A stretch of DNA of 64,000 nt from Paraspadella gotoi. Lineage: Eukaryota; Animalia; Chaetognatha. The position numbers were made by a program, and so were the translations under genes. Of this stretch, positions 23,442-37,092 are shown in pieces. The DNA lies in contig CM119269.1 in assembly GCA_051294375.1 (NCBI GenBank), positions 6,771,552-6,835,551 of the forward strand, written 5' to 3'. The notes under the pieces were generated by a model. The model ran no database searches and was not told where the DNA came from. It was given only the letters and a program-made list of their open reading frames with translations. Numbering within the stretch: the first letter of the stretch is position 1; each line of letters starts with the position of its first letter.

Positions 23442-26400
23442 ATGGTAAGCTTATCGAGTACAAAAAATATTTCGCTCATATTGTTTGAGGAACAGTGTCA
23501 AGATTGCTCAATCTTTTCATCCCTCCACCGTCGTGTCCAGTGTCCATTATAATAATTCATGACCTTTTCGTTGAATTAATTTTTTTCTTTATTGCTATAC
23601 AATAAAATTAACAAAATAATAATAATACTAACAATAATATTAATAATAATATTAATAATTATATTGATAATAATTATATTAAGTGTTAATAATTATAGAA
23701 TTAATAATAGTAATATTGATAATAATAATATTCTTCTATGTCTATGGTTTTCGATATTGAAGTTTTTCTTGGCAAAACTTAGCATTGCAACTATAGCAGT
23801 CAATGACGAAATGTACTATATATGCTTCTCAGCGACGGACGGGCGACTCCGGCGCTTCCGACCTCAAGACGCTCAAGGAGGAGATGGAATCCCTCCGTGA
23901 CTTTATCACCGTCAACGTGACGCAACTACAACGCCGCGTGGCCATCCTCGAACGGCACGTGGGCACTGCCGCCGATCAGAACCTCGCGCCCTCAGACGGC
24001 GGGGAAACTTCGGGCGACGGCGAGCCCTCCATGGGTCGAGCGGGCGACGCAGCCATGCCCACGCCTTCCCCTTACGCGACCTCGGATTCTTCGAGACAAG
24101 GCGAACGACGGTCGGTTCGACGAAGTGCCCGGACTTACCTCAATTCTCGAAGGTAAAGAGACTCGTCCTTATCTTGGCATTTTCTTTTTATTTTTTTTTT
24201 CCACTTTTCATTTTCACCTTCGATAACTCCTCAGGTCCCGTCCCGATTCCGCCCACGTTCTCGCAACCTGCCCAGGAGAAGACGACGAAGACCTCGCCGC
24301 CTCCGCCTCGGGATGGGATGCCCGTTCCTGGCGTCCCGGTCCGACGCCGGACGCTCTGCCGTCGGTGGGGCGCTCTCCGTCCCGCGCCTCCCCGGCGTCG
24401 CGAGTTTCGCCCGATGATCCCGACCAAAGCGCCTTCGCCGCCGACGTGGACGAACCCTTGATCGAAGATGCCGCTCCGTGCCCCATGGACTCTGAAAGAC
24501 CGGAATCTCCCGCCGTTTCCGTCGACGGCTTCAGAGACGAGTCGCCCGCCGTCCGCGATCCTCGCATCGATATCCAGACTAACGCCGGCGTCGCGACCAA
24601 AGTTTATGTTGCTCACGCTCGTGCCGCTGCCTCAGCCGCCGTCTCAGACGCTGCCTCCGACACGCAGATGAATAAATCCTCGCCACCGCTTTGCCTTCCC
24701 ACCCCTTACACCCAAGCTCCTTCCGCCGCTACTATCTCCGTCACCTCCTCCGCCGTCGCCTCCTCCTCATCCTCCGCAACCACTTCCGCCGCCCCCTCGG
24801 GCCCTCTCGCCTTCGTTTCCCTCGGTTCCCGCAAGTTCGTCTACACTTCGTCCAAACCGTCCGCGACCGCAGCGGCCAACGCCGCCGCCGGTTCGGGCAT
24901 CTGGAAGCGGCGCGAACCTTGGAACCGGGTGGCGCAGGAATCGCCTCCCGGCGCGTGGACGGCGTCGGAAGTCGTATCGAAGGACGGAAGAAACGTGACG
25001 GCGTGTCTCAAGGTAAGTCTTTCAAAAAAAAAAAGATGTTAGGGGCAGGAATTGATGAAAAAGTATTTTTGTTTAATCTCAGATAACCCCAACCTCCGCT
25101 CCCAACTTACCCAAACCCGATTCCAACTCCTTGACTGAAACTCGGTCGTCTTCGGCCGTCGTCGGAGAGGGTTCAGGGTAATGAATCGTTATAAGGGCAA
25201 GATTGTTGTTGTTGTTGTTAAAGAGATTTTATTGTTGGTTTTATTTTCGACAATAGAGTCGAGGAGACGACCCCTTTGCCCGAATGCGTCAACTTCGAGA
25301 GTCTCGAAGGTCTCAACGCGGAGGCGCGGCTCTTGGCCCAAGGCTTTACCAAGTTGGATTTCCTGGCTTCGTTGTCTCTGCGACCGGCTTCGATGGCTCC
25401 GGACAACCGCCGCTCGAAGAGACTTAAACAATTGGAGGAAGCCAAATCCAAGTCTTTGCCGCCGCCGCCGCCAGCCCCGGTTGTGAAGGAAGTCAAAGTA
25501 TGATTTTATTCTTTTTCCACCCAAATTATTTCAGAATGTACGACAAATCATTGAGTGAATTAGATGGATTTTAACTTAGGAATTTGGTTAATGTTTAGTC
25601 TAAAGATGATTATCCCTCTCTCTTTTTTGATCAACAAAAAATGTCTTGATTTCGTTATGGTTTTTCATGTCTGTTGAAATATCTTGATTGTTTAACTTAT
25701 ATTCTATTATTCAATTATACGTGGTCATAGTGATGTATGATTTCCTGCAAGTTTTTTAAAGATTAAAAGTACAAAAAAAAAAAAAAAATCAATTACTCGG
25801 TTAGACTTTTGTCTGTTAATTAAAGTTTTGGTAGTGAGGATTCCCTTTCATTTAAATAAATAAAAAAAAATTTTACCAGCCGCTGACGTCATCGATTCCA
25901 CCGCACAAGCTCAGCTCCGACGAGGATGAGAACAGAAACGTCGAGTATCGCGACAAAAACGAGGCCGTTTACGGCGTCAACCCTGGATTTTGCAGCGTGC
26001 CCGCAGTTCCGCTCATCGCCTTTAAGAAGCATATGGGAAACGGAAAGACGAGCACCGCGGGGTGAGTTGTGAAACGATGGTTGGTAGGAATTTAAAGTAT
26101 TTTCGCGGTCGCTTACAAGTACGGTTTTCTTTTCCCTTCTTGTGTATACAGAGTGATGAGACCCACCTACACGATAATTCAACATCCATCGGTCTTCTAC
26201 GGAAAGGTAAACTACCGCAACGGCAACGGGTCAGCGGCCGGGCTCAGAGCTTGACACTCTCAAGTGGACTCCGTCCTTTTTTATTAAAATTAATTCACGA
26301 AATTGCGCGCGCAGGAAAAACTGTTGAACGGAGAGTCGAGGGGCGGAGTTGGCGAAACGTCATATCAGGATAACGATCAACCGGTGAAAAGTCGATAATT

Positions 26401-28047
26401 TCTTTGTTTTAATTTTTAGTTTTAGTTTTATAAAACAGAATGACTCATTCTAGCCTGTTTTTCTGTTTTCCCCCCCTCTGTTTTTTCGTCTTCTTTTTTT
26501 TCTGATCTTCTCAATACATCCTCACCACTCTTTTTTTTTTTTTCTTCTTCGCTCTTTTTCCCCCCTCCTCTCCCTATGCTCTTTTATTTCTGCTCCTCTA
26601 TTTCCGCTCCTTTTCCTACGCTTTTCTCCCCTCCCTCCGCTCTTCTCCCCTCCCTCGGCTCTTCCTCCTCCACTCTTCTCCCCTTCCTCCGCTCTGCACC
26701 TTCCCTCCGTTCCTCTCCCTCCTTTTCCTCCGCTTCTCCCTCCGCTCCTTAGACTTTCCGACGACAGGGAAAGCGTCGAACCTCCATCATAGAACCGATG
26801 CAAAACAAGAGGAAATATTCGCAGTCTGGTCTCCCATGGCGCGCAGATCTCTCGGACAATGAAAAAGTGGGTGCGTCACGAGCGTTTCCGCTTCCGCTTC
26901 TATCGCTTCCGGCGCCGCCGCCTAAACCCTCGGACGTCAAGCGGCGAACCGGCGCCAATTGGCCGCCGGAGTTGATCAAGTTCTTCGAGGAAACTCAGGC
27001 CTCGTCCAACAAAAATTTTTGTTCCCTCTGCGGCTCCCAGTATTTGCAGGAACACGGATTCCGAGAGCATTTATCCAAAGTGAGGGAGAGAGAAAGAGAG
27101 AGAGAAAGAGAAAGAGAGAGAGAGAGAGAAATAAAATGTTACACGACACTACGACAGCGACAACAACTCCTTTTCTTCCGCATCTCCAGATTCATTCAAT
27201 GGAGGGCGGAATGGAGAATCGTCTCAACAAAAACTCGGTTCGTCAGCTTGAGCGATACCAGGCGCGCGTTCGGAAGATGCAGACGAAAACGAAGGTCAAC
27301 AAGTTGGTGGGCGTGGCCAAGAGAAAAGCGATGCTCAATCGAGCCTCGCGAAAAAACGCCGCGGACGGCCCCGCGAACGAGGCTGAAGCTGAACGAACCG
27401 CCCGTGCCCCAAGGACCTCCGGAGTTTCTCGTCGAGGTGGAGCGCGAGCTGGCGCCGGTCGCAAGAACCTAAAGACTACATCAGGCGGCGCCGCGGCGAC
27501 GCCGGTCAAGACCTCACCCAGGATCACGAAACCCACAACGAAAGTGTTGGAGATGCGGAACCTTAACGCGAGCAAAAAGCAGCGACTCCCCGTCGCCGCC
27601 GCCGAGTCGAAGAACGCCAAGCCTAGTGATTTGGAGCAGTTGGGTGAGTCTCTTTCGGTGAGTTAAGATCGGGAAAAAAATTTTCGAGTAATGCTGTCGT
27701 TTGGGTCATCGGCACCTTAGATTCTTGTCTCTCTTTTTTTTCTAATAATTTCCTTATCTCTTTCCTCTTCCCTTCTCACAACTCGGGTCATCTGACGGTT
27801 ATCGCGATTTCCATTCTTTTTCTTGTTACTCACCCTTGTTACTCTCCCACTCTCTCTCTCCCACAATCCTACAGTGCTGAAGCAGCGCTCGGCCCCCGAG
27901 GAGAAGCCGGGACGGGGCGAGCCGGGCCACTTTCCGTACTTTCGCCGCTGTACCATCTGCTTAAAGTTTTTCGGCGACGGAAAACTCGTAAAGATTCACA
28001 AGGCGATGGTTCACAACGTCTTCGACGATGCTGTCGTCAAAATGTAA
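23442..28047 (+). CDS. Multi-exon C2H2 zinc-finger protein with an N-terminal coiled coil and long disordered regions
   Basis: Phase-consistent exons: (ATG 23442-44?), 23833-24152, 24235-25012, 25083-25177, 25257-25497, 25880-26061, ~26152-26206, ~26315-26383, 26753-27079, 27190-27643, ~27875-28047. Two C-x2-C-x12-H-x4-H fingers: CSLCGSQYLQEHGFREHLSK|IH and CTICLKFFGDGKLVKIHKAMVH. The start and 3' end are uncertain. Confidence 0.75.
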
Positions 28048-28169
28048 TTAGCAACCTTTTTTTTTTAATTTTTCCACGGAAAACGAAGGGAGAACGATGA
28101 TGACAACGAGGCGGATCACGACTTTTGATTTGACTGACAAGTGGGCTTTGTGCGAGGTACATTGGCTGG

Positions 28170-28242
<73 letters not shown>

Positions 28243-28247
28243 CTCCA

Positions 28248-28284
<37 letters not shown>

Positions 28285-31200
28285 CTCTCTCTCTTCTCCT
28301 CTCTCTCCTCTCTCTCTCTCTCCTCTTTTTCTCTTTCCTCCCCAATTCACACTCTCCTTCCACCTCTTTTTTTTTCCTACTCCCTTTCGTTCCGTTATAT
28401 CGTTTATTTTTTCGATTTACGTTTCACTTTGTAATCTAAATTAACGAACTTGTAACATACTCAAGGCGGTCGTGAATCGTCCAATCTAAATCTTGCTCTC
28501 GGTAGTTAGATGTAGATGATTAGAATATTTGTATCCAGTTCGTTTTTTCTCTACCCTTTTTTTTCTTTAACACCCTCCCGCCCTCAAAGTTTATCCTCGA
28601 TATGTCGTCGGCCCGCTCCGTTCTTCTCGCTAACTGATAACCTTAATTTTCGCGCTAATATTTTTTCTGTTAAAGTTTTACATTTATTATTCGGTCTTTT
28701 TTGCTATTTGTTTGTTCGATCGTCTTCAGATCGAAAAAAAAGCGGTTTTTTTCGATAAAATTATTGCTCAACGCTGAAGGGGTTTCTATTCATCTCAAAT
28801 GTCGATTCCCTCATAATTTTAATGCTAAAACTCTTAAAATATTTTTTTTTAAAAGTTGGATCTAATGTTACGGTGAATTGTGCTAAATTTTTTAAATTTT
28901 TAATTTAAACATACGTATATGTAAGAAAACTCGGAACCGACAAAATTAAGTAGGCAGAACCTTTTTTATTTGTTTTTTTTTTTTTTTGCCGGGGTCTAAG
29001 ATGAATCAAGAATGGCCCATAACCTTTGGAAATTGTATTTCTTTGTTCGAGATGATATACACAATATATTGTTCTATTTCACTTATTTATTGTCATTTCA
29101 ATCAGAGCGATGAAGAACTTCCCGAGTTAAAAAAGTTATCGATTACAGATGTGCCCAATTTTAGCTTCGTTTCCACGATTCAACGGCAGAAATCAACGAG
29201 ACTCCAATCTTTCCTCAGGATCATCGGTCAACTCCTTGACGAGACCCGATGACTAAATCGTCTCATAGCGTCTGGCAGGGTCCGAATGTTTAAATGACGT
29301 CTATATCGTATTCATACAGAAATTTTCTAAAGAAAAAATTAGTCAGTTGTGCTTCAAAGCAAAAATAGTTAGTTCTTGCTATTGTTTAAATTTTAAGAGT
29401 CATGAACCTAACGACAACGTTCTAGGGTTGTCTTTATTTCGAAACTTGTCAGGGATCGCACCCCCCCTCCCCATTCTCATTTCGTCCAATTCCCCGTTCC
29501 TCCTTCATCGCCAAACGTCTCTTCCTCGCGAAATTCGAGCCGCGCCTCCTTTTTCCCGGGACAGCCAATCCGCGGAGGCGCGATCGCAAACCCGCCCACG
29601 AAAACAGTCTCGGCCTCTTTTTTCCCGGCGCGACCGGAGAGCGTGACGCCGCATAACGCCAGCCCCTGATTTCCGCAACCCCTAGCTTTTTGAATTTCTG
29701 TTTTTTTCGCTCTTTTTTTCATGTCTTTTTTTTTCTCTATCGCTCTCTTTTTCTTTTTTTCCCCGCATTTATCCCTTCTTCCCTACTTTACTTTTTAAAA
29801 TCTTCGGCTTGAAACCGTCATTGCGGTCTTATTTTTGCAATCCCTCGTCCAAACCCATCATCGCGCAAGACAACGATATTCTCTTCTTGTCACACTCTCG
29901 GGAATTCTCCCTCGACTCTTCGCAACAGAATTGAGTTCACGGCTCGTCGAATGCCGTCTGCTTTTCCCGCCTCGCGCCAACACTCGCGTTTCTCTCCCAA
30001 CGAGTCAATCTCCTCGTAATCCTCTTCAGCGTCTGTTTCCTTTCCAAGTCTCGGCCGGTTACGCGCTCTGTTAGCTCTGTTACCCTTTACTGCCTCTTGC
30101 TTTCCTTACCCTTCCCAAGCCTTCTACCCTCGCACCCCAACCGTTTTTCAGATTGGAAGAGAGGAAAGCTTCACTAGTATCATCCCGGCTGCACCGATCC
30201 GTCTGTCTCTGCTTCTCACTCAATTTTATTCTACTTTAGAATTTCTTTTTCCCTTCGTTCTTGTCTTCAGATATTTCTTCAACTGTCATACCTTCTTCAT
30301 TCTTCTTTCTTTCACACCGTTCTATTCCCTTCATTATCCATGACAACGAATCGCATTTCCATGTGTTGTCGTCGTCTGTCGTTTGTTTGTTGTCTTCTCC
30401 GTCTACAATCGTTAATTCGTCGTATATCACTGTAGTTGTCTGCGAATATTTAAATCGTCGTCGTCGTCATCGTCCTAATCGCAGCCTATCGTCCTCGCCT
30501 CCGCCCTGAGACGACTTCGACCTTGCCTTTCGCCCTCTTCTTCCTTCCCGTCCCAGCTTCCCGGTCGACTTTACCAATTCTACTTCCTCGTCTTTGCCCC
30601 GTCCCTCTTCTTGCATCCCGCCCCTGCCCGTCCGCCTGCTCCCTGTCCGGCTGCCTCGATCCATCCCAGTCTTCCTCCGTTTCCCTGCCTGTTTACCTCG
30701 TCCATTGCCTGTCTGCCTTGTCTCTCTCCGACTCGCCCTCTTCCCTCTCGGCCTCTTTCTTCTTGCCCGTTCCCCTCGACCTTGGCCGCCCGCCTCGTCC
30801 CTGTCCGCCTCTTTCCTTCCCATTTTCCTGTTTTCGTTCTTGCCCTTTCTCCTCGTCCCTGCCCGTCGTCGTCGTCTTCACGCCGTGACGCGTTTTAGAC
30901 GCGGGCGTGAAAGAAAAACTCGCGCGCCTTCGAATCACGTGATTTTTTTAGATTTTTTTCCCCGCTTTTTCCTCATTTTTTTATTTTTTCTCGGCCGCGA
31001 CCAGGATTTGTCCGGTGTCTTAATTACGTCGTCCCGTTCTCTTCTACTTGGCTAAGTATTTTTAAACCGAAAAAAGGATTTAATGTAACTGAGTTTTTCA
31101 AATTTTTCTTCCCGAAAAATCGCAAATTCTTCCTGAGACATATCGGCACGGCCTTCTCAGGTGGTCTGAATCTCGGCGGATGGATTTTTCATTTCATTCA

Positions 31201-32044
31201 ATACCCGGATACTTTCCTGGATTTTTGTAGGCGAAGGTATGTGTTAATCGGTTAAGATTATTGAAATTTCAAGTTGCGATATTTGTTTGCGTACAATTCG
31301 TAAATTGTGTGAGAAAATTTATTATTCCTGCTCTGTTCGTCCGTACAAGCTAAATAATAAATTAATCAGTAATGATAAATTGTGTTGGGAACTGGTTTTT
31401 AAAAGCGAAGGTAACGTGGCGAGTTATTCGTGGTGGTTTATGTAATACAATGAGAAGTCTCTCTTTTAGGTTTTCCTGTACAAGGAGAAAGTTAATAAAA
31501 GGTTGTCAGTACATCCATCGTAAGATTACTTTGATTGGAGATTACGTTTTCGGTTCGGCAGTTACACTTAATCGCTTTTGGGCAACCGATGCGAACATCA
31601 ACCGCTTATGGCGTTAATACTGAGGTTGCCCCTGAGAATTTTAAAAAGTCAATAAGCAAACTGCGGCAAGGTCATTTGCCGCATTAACTTTTTATTCGCC
31701 TTAAGTTAACCGAATCTCGCACGTGGTGATTGCGTGACTAAATTAATATGAAACCTATATACAATGTACAACAAACATTCTATTGAACAACAATTGCCTG
31801 CCTTTAAGGCTTAGTGAGTCAGTACTATTTAATTTGTATTTAATTTGTGTAATGTAATGTAATTATATTCTCTGGTGAAAATGTAAATATATAAAATAGA
31901 TGGGCATAATAAATAATTTTTATAAAAATAAGTATTTTTTAAGTAGTTTTTCAAAAGACGCTAAAAACCCGGAAAAACTTTATTCCAACAGATGTTTCAA
32001 GTATTAAACGAAATGATCCAGTATTATGCCAGACAGACGGACCA

Positions 32045-32795
32045 ATCAACATGTTTGAGTAAACAATGCCGGATATTCCCACGATCATTACCGGTAAGCA
32101 GCTGATCAGATAATTAATAAATTAAATAATTAATATTAATTTTTTTATTCGAATCAAAATCGTTTTCCACTTTGTCTCGCTTCACAATCACAAAACAACA
32201 ATCTCGTTCAAAAAATAATTAATGAATTAATTAATTACAAATTAATTACTGCTTTATCAATAATTAATTAATGCAGGTTGAAATTTAAATTTAATATAAA
32301 GAGAAAAAATCATAATCAAATAGTTAAATAGATTTTTTGTTTTTTCCATTTCAACTCATTTCCACTCGGACGATTCCATCGAAACTATATTTCCTACTAA
32401 ATCACACAAGTTACTACCCACAAACCAAATTTCAAGTCAATCGCCACATCCAATCATGAGTAATTGGCGTTCAAATAATGAAATATATTTTTTTGTTTTT
32501 TTTTACTTATTTACACATACTTATTTACACTCGGACGATTCCAGCGAAACTTGATTTCCAGCTTAATCACACAATTTTCTTCTCGCATACTAAATGGAAA
32601 GTCAATTGCTCGATCCATTCATGAGTAATTGGCGTTAAAACCTAAGGGGGGACGGACGGACGAACATTTTTTTTGTTGCATATTTTTCTATAATTCGATG
32701 TTCTGAGATGACTTACCGACAAGATAATGGGTGGCGACAGACAGACCGACCAAGTGAAGTATAGAGCCAAGATCTACTGTAAGCATATCCGGCTA
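32045..32795 (-). mobile_element. DINE-1/Helentron-like element, copy 2
   Basis: The reverse complement carries the same 5' motif, AGAACATCGAATTAT, (GTCC)n, internal CCAATTACTCATGA duplication and 3' ATCCGGCATTGTTTACTCAAAC. Confidence 0.65.
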
Positions 32796-32964
32796 AAAAT
32801 TAACTAATAGTAGCTCCGCGGGTACAGTGTGCATTTTATTTTGGAGTAACTTATATTTTTCATGTTTGGTTTTTGTAATAGTTTTTTTTTTTTTTTAAAT
32901 TTGTTAGATAGCTGTCAATTTAAATTAAAAGTTTTTGTTTCGGACTTTTCGTTGCGTTAGAATT

Positions 32965-33922
32965 TACGATCAAATGAAAGTATTGTTTTGTTTTGTTTGC
33001 GGAAAACGAAATTTAAAAATTTTCAAAAAAAAACGTAAATCTTTCGGCTAATTAGGAGTCTACGTCGTTCTTAGAGATCGAGGAAGACTTTTTCAATGGA
33101 GATTTTCGTTCAAATCTGACTACCAAACAATATAAACGCTCCTGGTAATAATTCTGGTAAAATATCGATGTAAAAACACTTGATTCCGATCCTGTTGCAT
33201 CTGAAGGGCTCGCATTTTTTTTCTCTTGTCAAATCATCAACATCTTGATATCAAACAAGCCAGGACAAATAGACTGCTTCTGGACGGAAAAATTTTCCAT
33301 CTCTGATTTTATATAGAAATGAAAGGGATTTTTTTCCTTGAAAACGATATAAACATGACTGAGGTATGTTCCTGTTCAACAAATGAGGTCCAATTTTGGA
33401 ATCCTTTGGCAAAGTGTCTGAAGGGCTCTCAAAATTTTTCTTCACATTTTATTTGGTTATTTTGATATGATACGATCATGGTAAAGTGAATTAGTCCGTT
33501 TTGGTGAAATTTTTATTTAAAGTAAAAGTAAAAGAGAAGCTAACGATCGGAATTCTAAGAGTTTTCAACCGGGAGTCAGATTCGGGAAAAATCTTCTATG
33601 GCGAAAATCTTCCAAAGAAGGGGTAGATTTTCCGAAGATTTTGGTTAATATTTTCTATATTTATAGTCGGATTTTTTTGAAACTTAATATTAACAATATT
33701 GCCATCATTCTACCTTGGCCGGTATAAGAATATATTAAAAAAACCTCGGGCTTTGTTCGTCAGAGCTTAGTTCTAGGCTAATAGGATAGCCTTCAATCTG
33801 CGCGAAATTGAATTGTGGCTGAAGAATGCTATCATATTAGCCGAAACACGTACTTTTTCTATTGAAAATATATAAATTTCGTTGTCTGGAAACAAAACAT
33901 AAAAAAAAACTTTCATTTGAGG
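32965..33922. mobile_element. Second palindromic hammerhead element, with its left arm interrupted by a ~720-bp insertion
   Basis: The outer tails 32965-33052 and 33836-33922 are inverted homologues. Plus-strand hammerhead at 33819-33852: CTGAAGA ATGCTA..TAGCC GAAAC AC GTA. A minus-strand relic lies at 33776-33800. GGCTAAT is duplicated at 33046-52 and 33776-82. Confidence 0.65.
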
Positions 33923-35080
33923 AAAACGGTGACCGGGAAGTTGAATGATTTCCCTCTTGTGTTGTTTGAGCAACAGGAAATGCCGTCAATTCCTTTGCCT
34001 TCGGATGGAGATGGAGAGATAAAGACGAAAAGGTCGACCTTCCGGCATTCTTGCGATCAGATCTTCCCTTGCTTAGATTTCTAGTTGAACTTGTAAGCAC
34101 TTTTTAAAACATTTTTTCCCCCAAAATACTAAAAATAGTTATTTGGGTGTTAGAAACATTCGTTGTCAACAAAAAGGTATTTAAAAAAAAAAATTTTTAC
34201 CGTTTAATTCATCGTGAGTCATTTGAGAAACTTTTGTCATTTCAGATTATTTTACATACTAATAGATCGACAAAAAAAGATTTATTTGCAATTCGTTTCC
34301 ACGTTTCTTTTTCGAGAAAAAAAAAAATCAAAAAGCTTTTCGTCCCCGAATTATCAACTCGTTCATTTCGCTCGAAGATTTAATCAGAATTCAGACGCGA
34401 GAGAGACAGAGACACGGACTCGGAGAGAGAAATAGAGCCACTCCCTTTTCAGTTGTTTTTCGTGAAGAGGTTAACTTTAAGAATTTGGTCGAGATATATG
34501 ATTTTTTGATTTATTAAATCTAAAACTTAAATCTAAAACGTTCTCAAACGTCCTCCATGGCGCTGAGTTTTTTTTATTTATTTTTTTATTTATTTTTATT
34601 TATTTTTTTATTTATTTTTTATTTATTTATTTATTTTTTATTTATTTTTTTATTTATTTTTTTTTATTTTAAAATAGGAGGCGCTAGCAAAATTTATAAT
34701 TAAAAAAAAAAAACAATTATGCGGATGTTGTCTTTCCCGCTCCCATTTTTATAATGCGTCTTTCCCTTTGATTAAAAAATAAAAAAATAAACATGAGTTA
34801 GAGCGGCGTCTTGGACGGTTGTTTCCTAGTTGTATTTTATACAATCTATAACTAGTGTTCTAGTTTTAATTATTGATTTGCGGTCTATAGGAACAGAAAT
34901 GGGACGATTTCAGAAAATCTTGCCCCTTGTTAGTGAAAAATCTTGCCCCTTGTTAGTGAATAGATTATTAGGCCGGAACAGGTTGAAAACTAGAAGTTCT
35001 CTCAAATAAATAATGAAAAAGTGACTGTTAGAGAATATGAAAAATAAAAAATAATTTAAAAAAATTATCTTATTAATAAG

Positions 35081-35458
35081 CGCACGGAAGCATTTAAAGA
35101 TTATTTTATTACTATATATAGTTAAAATTTTTTTTTGAATTTTTTAATTTTTTTTAATGGATTCTGATAGAGCTTTAAAAGTTAGATAAAGGTTATTAAT
35201 ACAAATTTTACAATTTTTTTTGTTTTATTGATAAAAATTTTAAAAAAAACTATAAAATTCAGCCAATGATGATGATGATGATGATTTTTTAACGTTTTTT
35301 CTGTTTTTAACCAATTTCTTGTCAAAATTTTAAAAAATTGTATACTAACTTTCATTTAACTTTTCAAGCTCTATAGGAATCCGTTCTTAAAAACTAATTT
35401 TTTTTTATAAATTTTTGTTATTTGTTATATATTAATAAATATTTAAAAGCTTCAGTGC
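35081..35458. mobile_element. AT-rich imperfect fold-back (MITE-like)
   Basis: GCACGGAAGCATTTAAA...ATGGATTCTGATAGAGCTTTAAAAGTTA mirrors TAACTTTTCAAGCTCTATAGGAATCCGT...TTTAAAAGCTTCAGTGC. Confidence 0.55.
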
Positions 35459-36878
35459 AACAACCAATGAACTAATTCAAAAAGTTGCATTGAAAATCGA
35501 TTATGTAATAGAAGGAAAAAAGGAATTTTTTTGAGAGAATTAAAAGTTATAAAAAGTGTTCAATTTTGTCCCGCCTTAATAGATATATTTATTTTTGAAT
35601 TTAATGTTATAGGGCAGACTATTTTAATGATTAATAAGTGAAAAATATGTATGAATAAAAATGAGAAACGAAATGAATGTTCGATGCTGCGACAATTTTT
35701 TTTTTCATTTTAAAGAAGAGAATAAAACATGAACATCGAATTCACCGATGCAGCCGCCGCCGCCGCTCCCGCCGCTCCCGCCGCTCACGCCGCATTCCTC
35801 CCGCCCGCGCTCGGGGTTCAGCCGATGTTAGGCTATTTTTGGCTACGTTAACAATGAATAAAAAAATTTATTACAAAAATAGTCCTCGCCTTAGGATTCT
35901 GTTTTGATTGGCTGCTTCATTGATCATTGCACCGTTTAAAATTTAAATACACTTTAAGCCTTTTTGCTGGTTAAATGTTCCAAAGATGGCGTTATAAAAA
36001 GAATTGAAACCCCACGTGCGAATAGTGAACATTTCCTTTATAGATAACAATGTTTAAGAGGTTTAAATTGTTTTGAACTGCTCTTATCAGAAAGGGGGTT
36101 TGTCAAAGTAGAAAAAAATGCAAAAAATAAGGATTATTTTTTGTTATTTGCATGTATACATTAGTATGTGTTCATATTATTATTAGCATCTAGCACCAGC
36201 GAAGGTGGAGAAACACTTAAATGAAGCTGAATGAACGCAACTTTCTTGGCCGAATATCACGATTCTAAAATGTGAAAAAGAAACAGCAAAACAATGTAGG
36301 AAGATTAAACCAAAAAAAAGTAATAGTCAAACAAAATAGTAAGCGTCTCACCACACTTTACACCTTACCATGTCCCTTCCTCACTCCACCTTATCTTTTC
36401 TCGGAAAAGGAACGGAAACGACGAAGAATTCCGTCTCGAGCAAAAAAGAGAGAATGACTGCGGCTTAAAGATTTATCGCCACATCTCCCGCGCCTTCGGG
36501 ACTGGCACCCGCGGCGCCAAAGGTCGCGGGTTCGACGTCAACCCCTTTTCTTTTTTTTTTTCTTTGTTTCCTAATCCGTTTTCTTTATTCTTTCTTTTCT
36601 ACCCTTTCCCGCAGCACGACGCGTTGTGAGCTAAAACAAAGTCGAGGGAAAAAAAATCAAAATCCAAAGAGGGTTTAAAAAGGCCAAGCGAAACGTTTTA
36701 GCTTTCGGGTTGACCGCGCAATTCAAAGAAGAACGGGAATATTTGCAGGTGGTCGCTCGTTGCAGAATCGTTGCTCCTTTCGTGAACCTCCTTTTCGTAA
36801 AAAGGCCACGAAAATCACTTAGCAAGTGACTAGTCTTCGGCTTTTTCGGAATTTGATTTTGGACCAGAGTTGGAATAT

Positions 36879-37092
36879 CATCTCTCTGTTGGCTTAGGGG
36901 GCTTCTGACCCTCAGTGACGCCTCCAGTCACTGGACGCGGTTACCTTAGGTCGGTCTCGCTTTGCCAACGCAGAGTGAAGTCGCTACGACTGTGGATGGA
37001 ACAAAACGCCTTGGATTGTGTGTTCCCCTTCTGAGCCAATGGGATTGGCCGAACGATAGTGGACGTGAGGCGGCGTGAATATACCGCCACAG
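36879..37092 (+). repeat. Structured dispersed repeat, copy B
   Basis: Homologous to 9802-10027, slightly 5'-truncated, and followed by a T-run (TTCTTTTTT). Confidence 0.85.
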
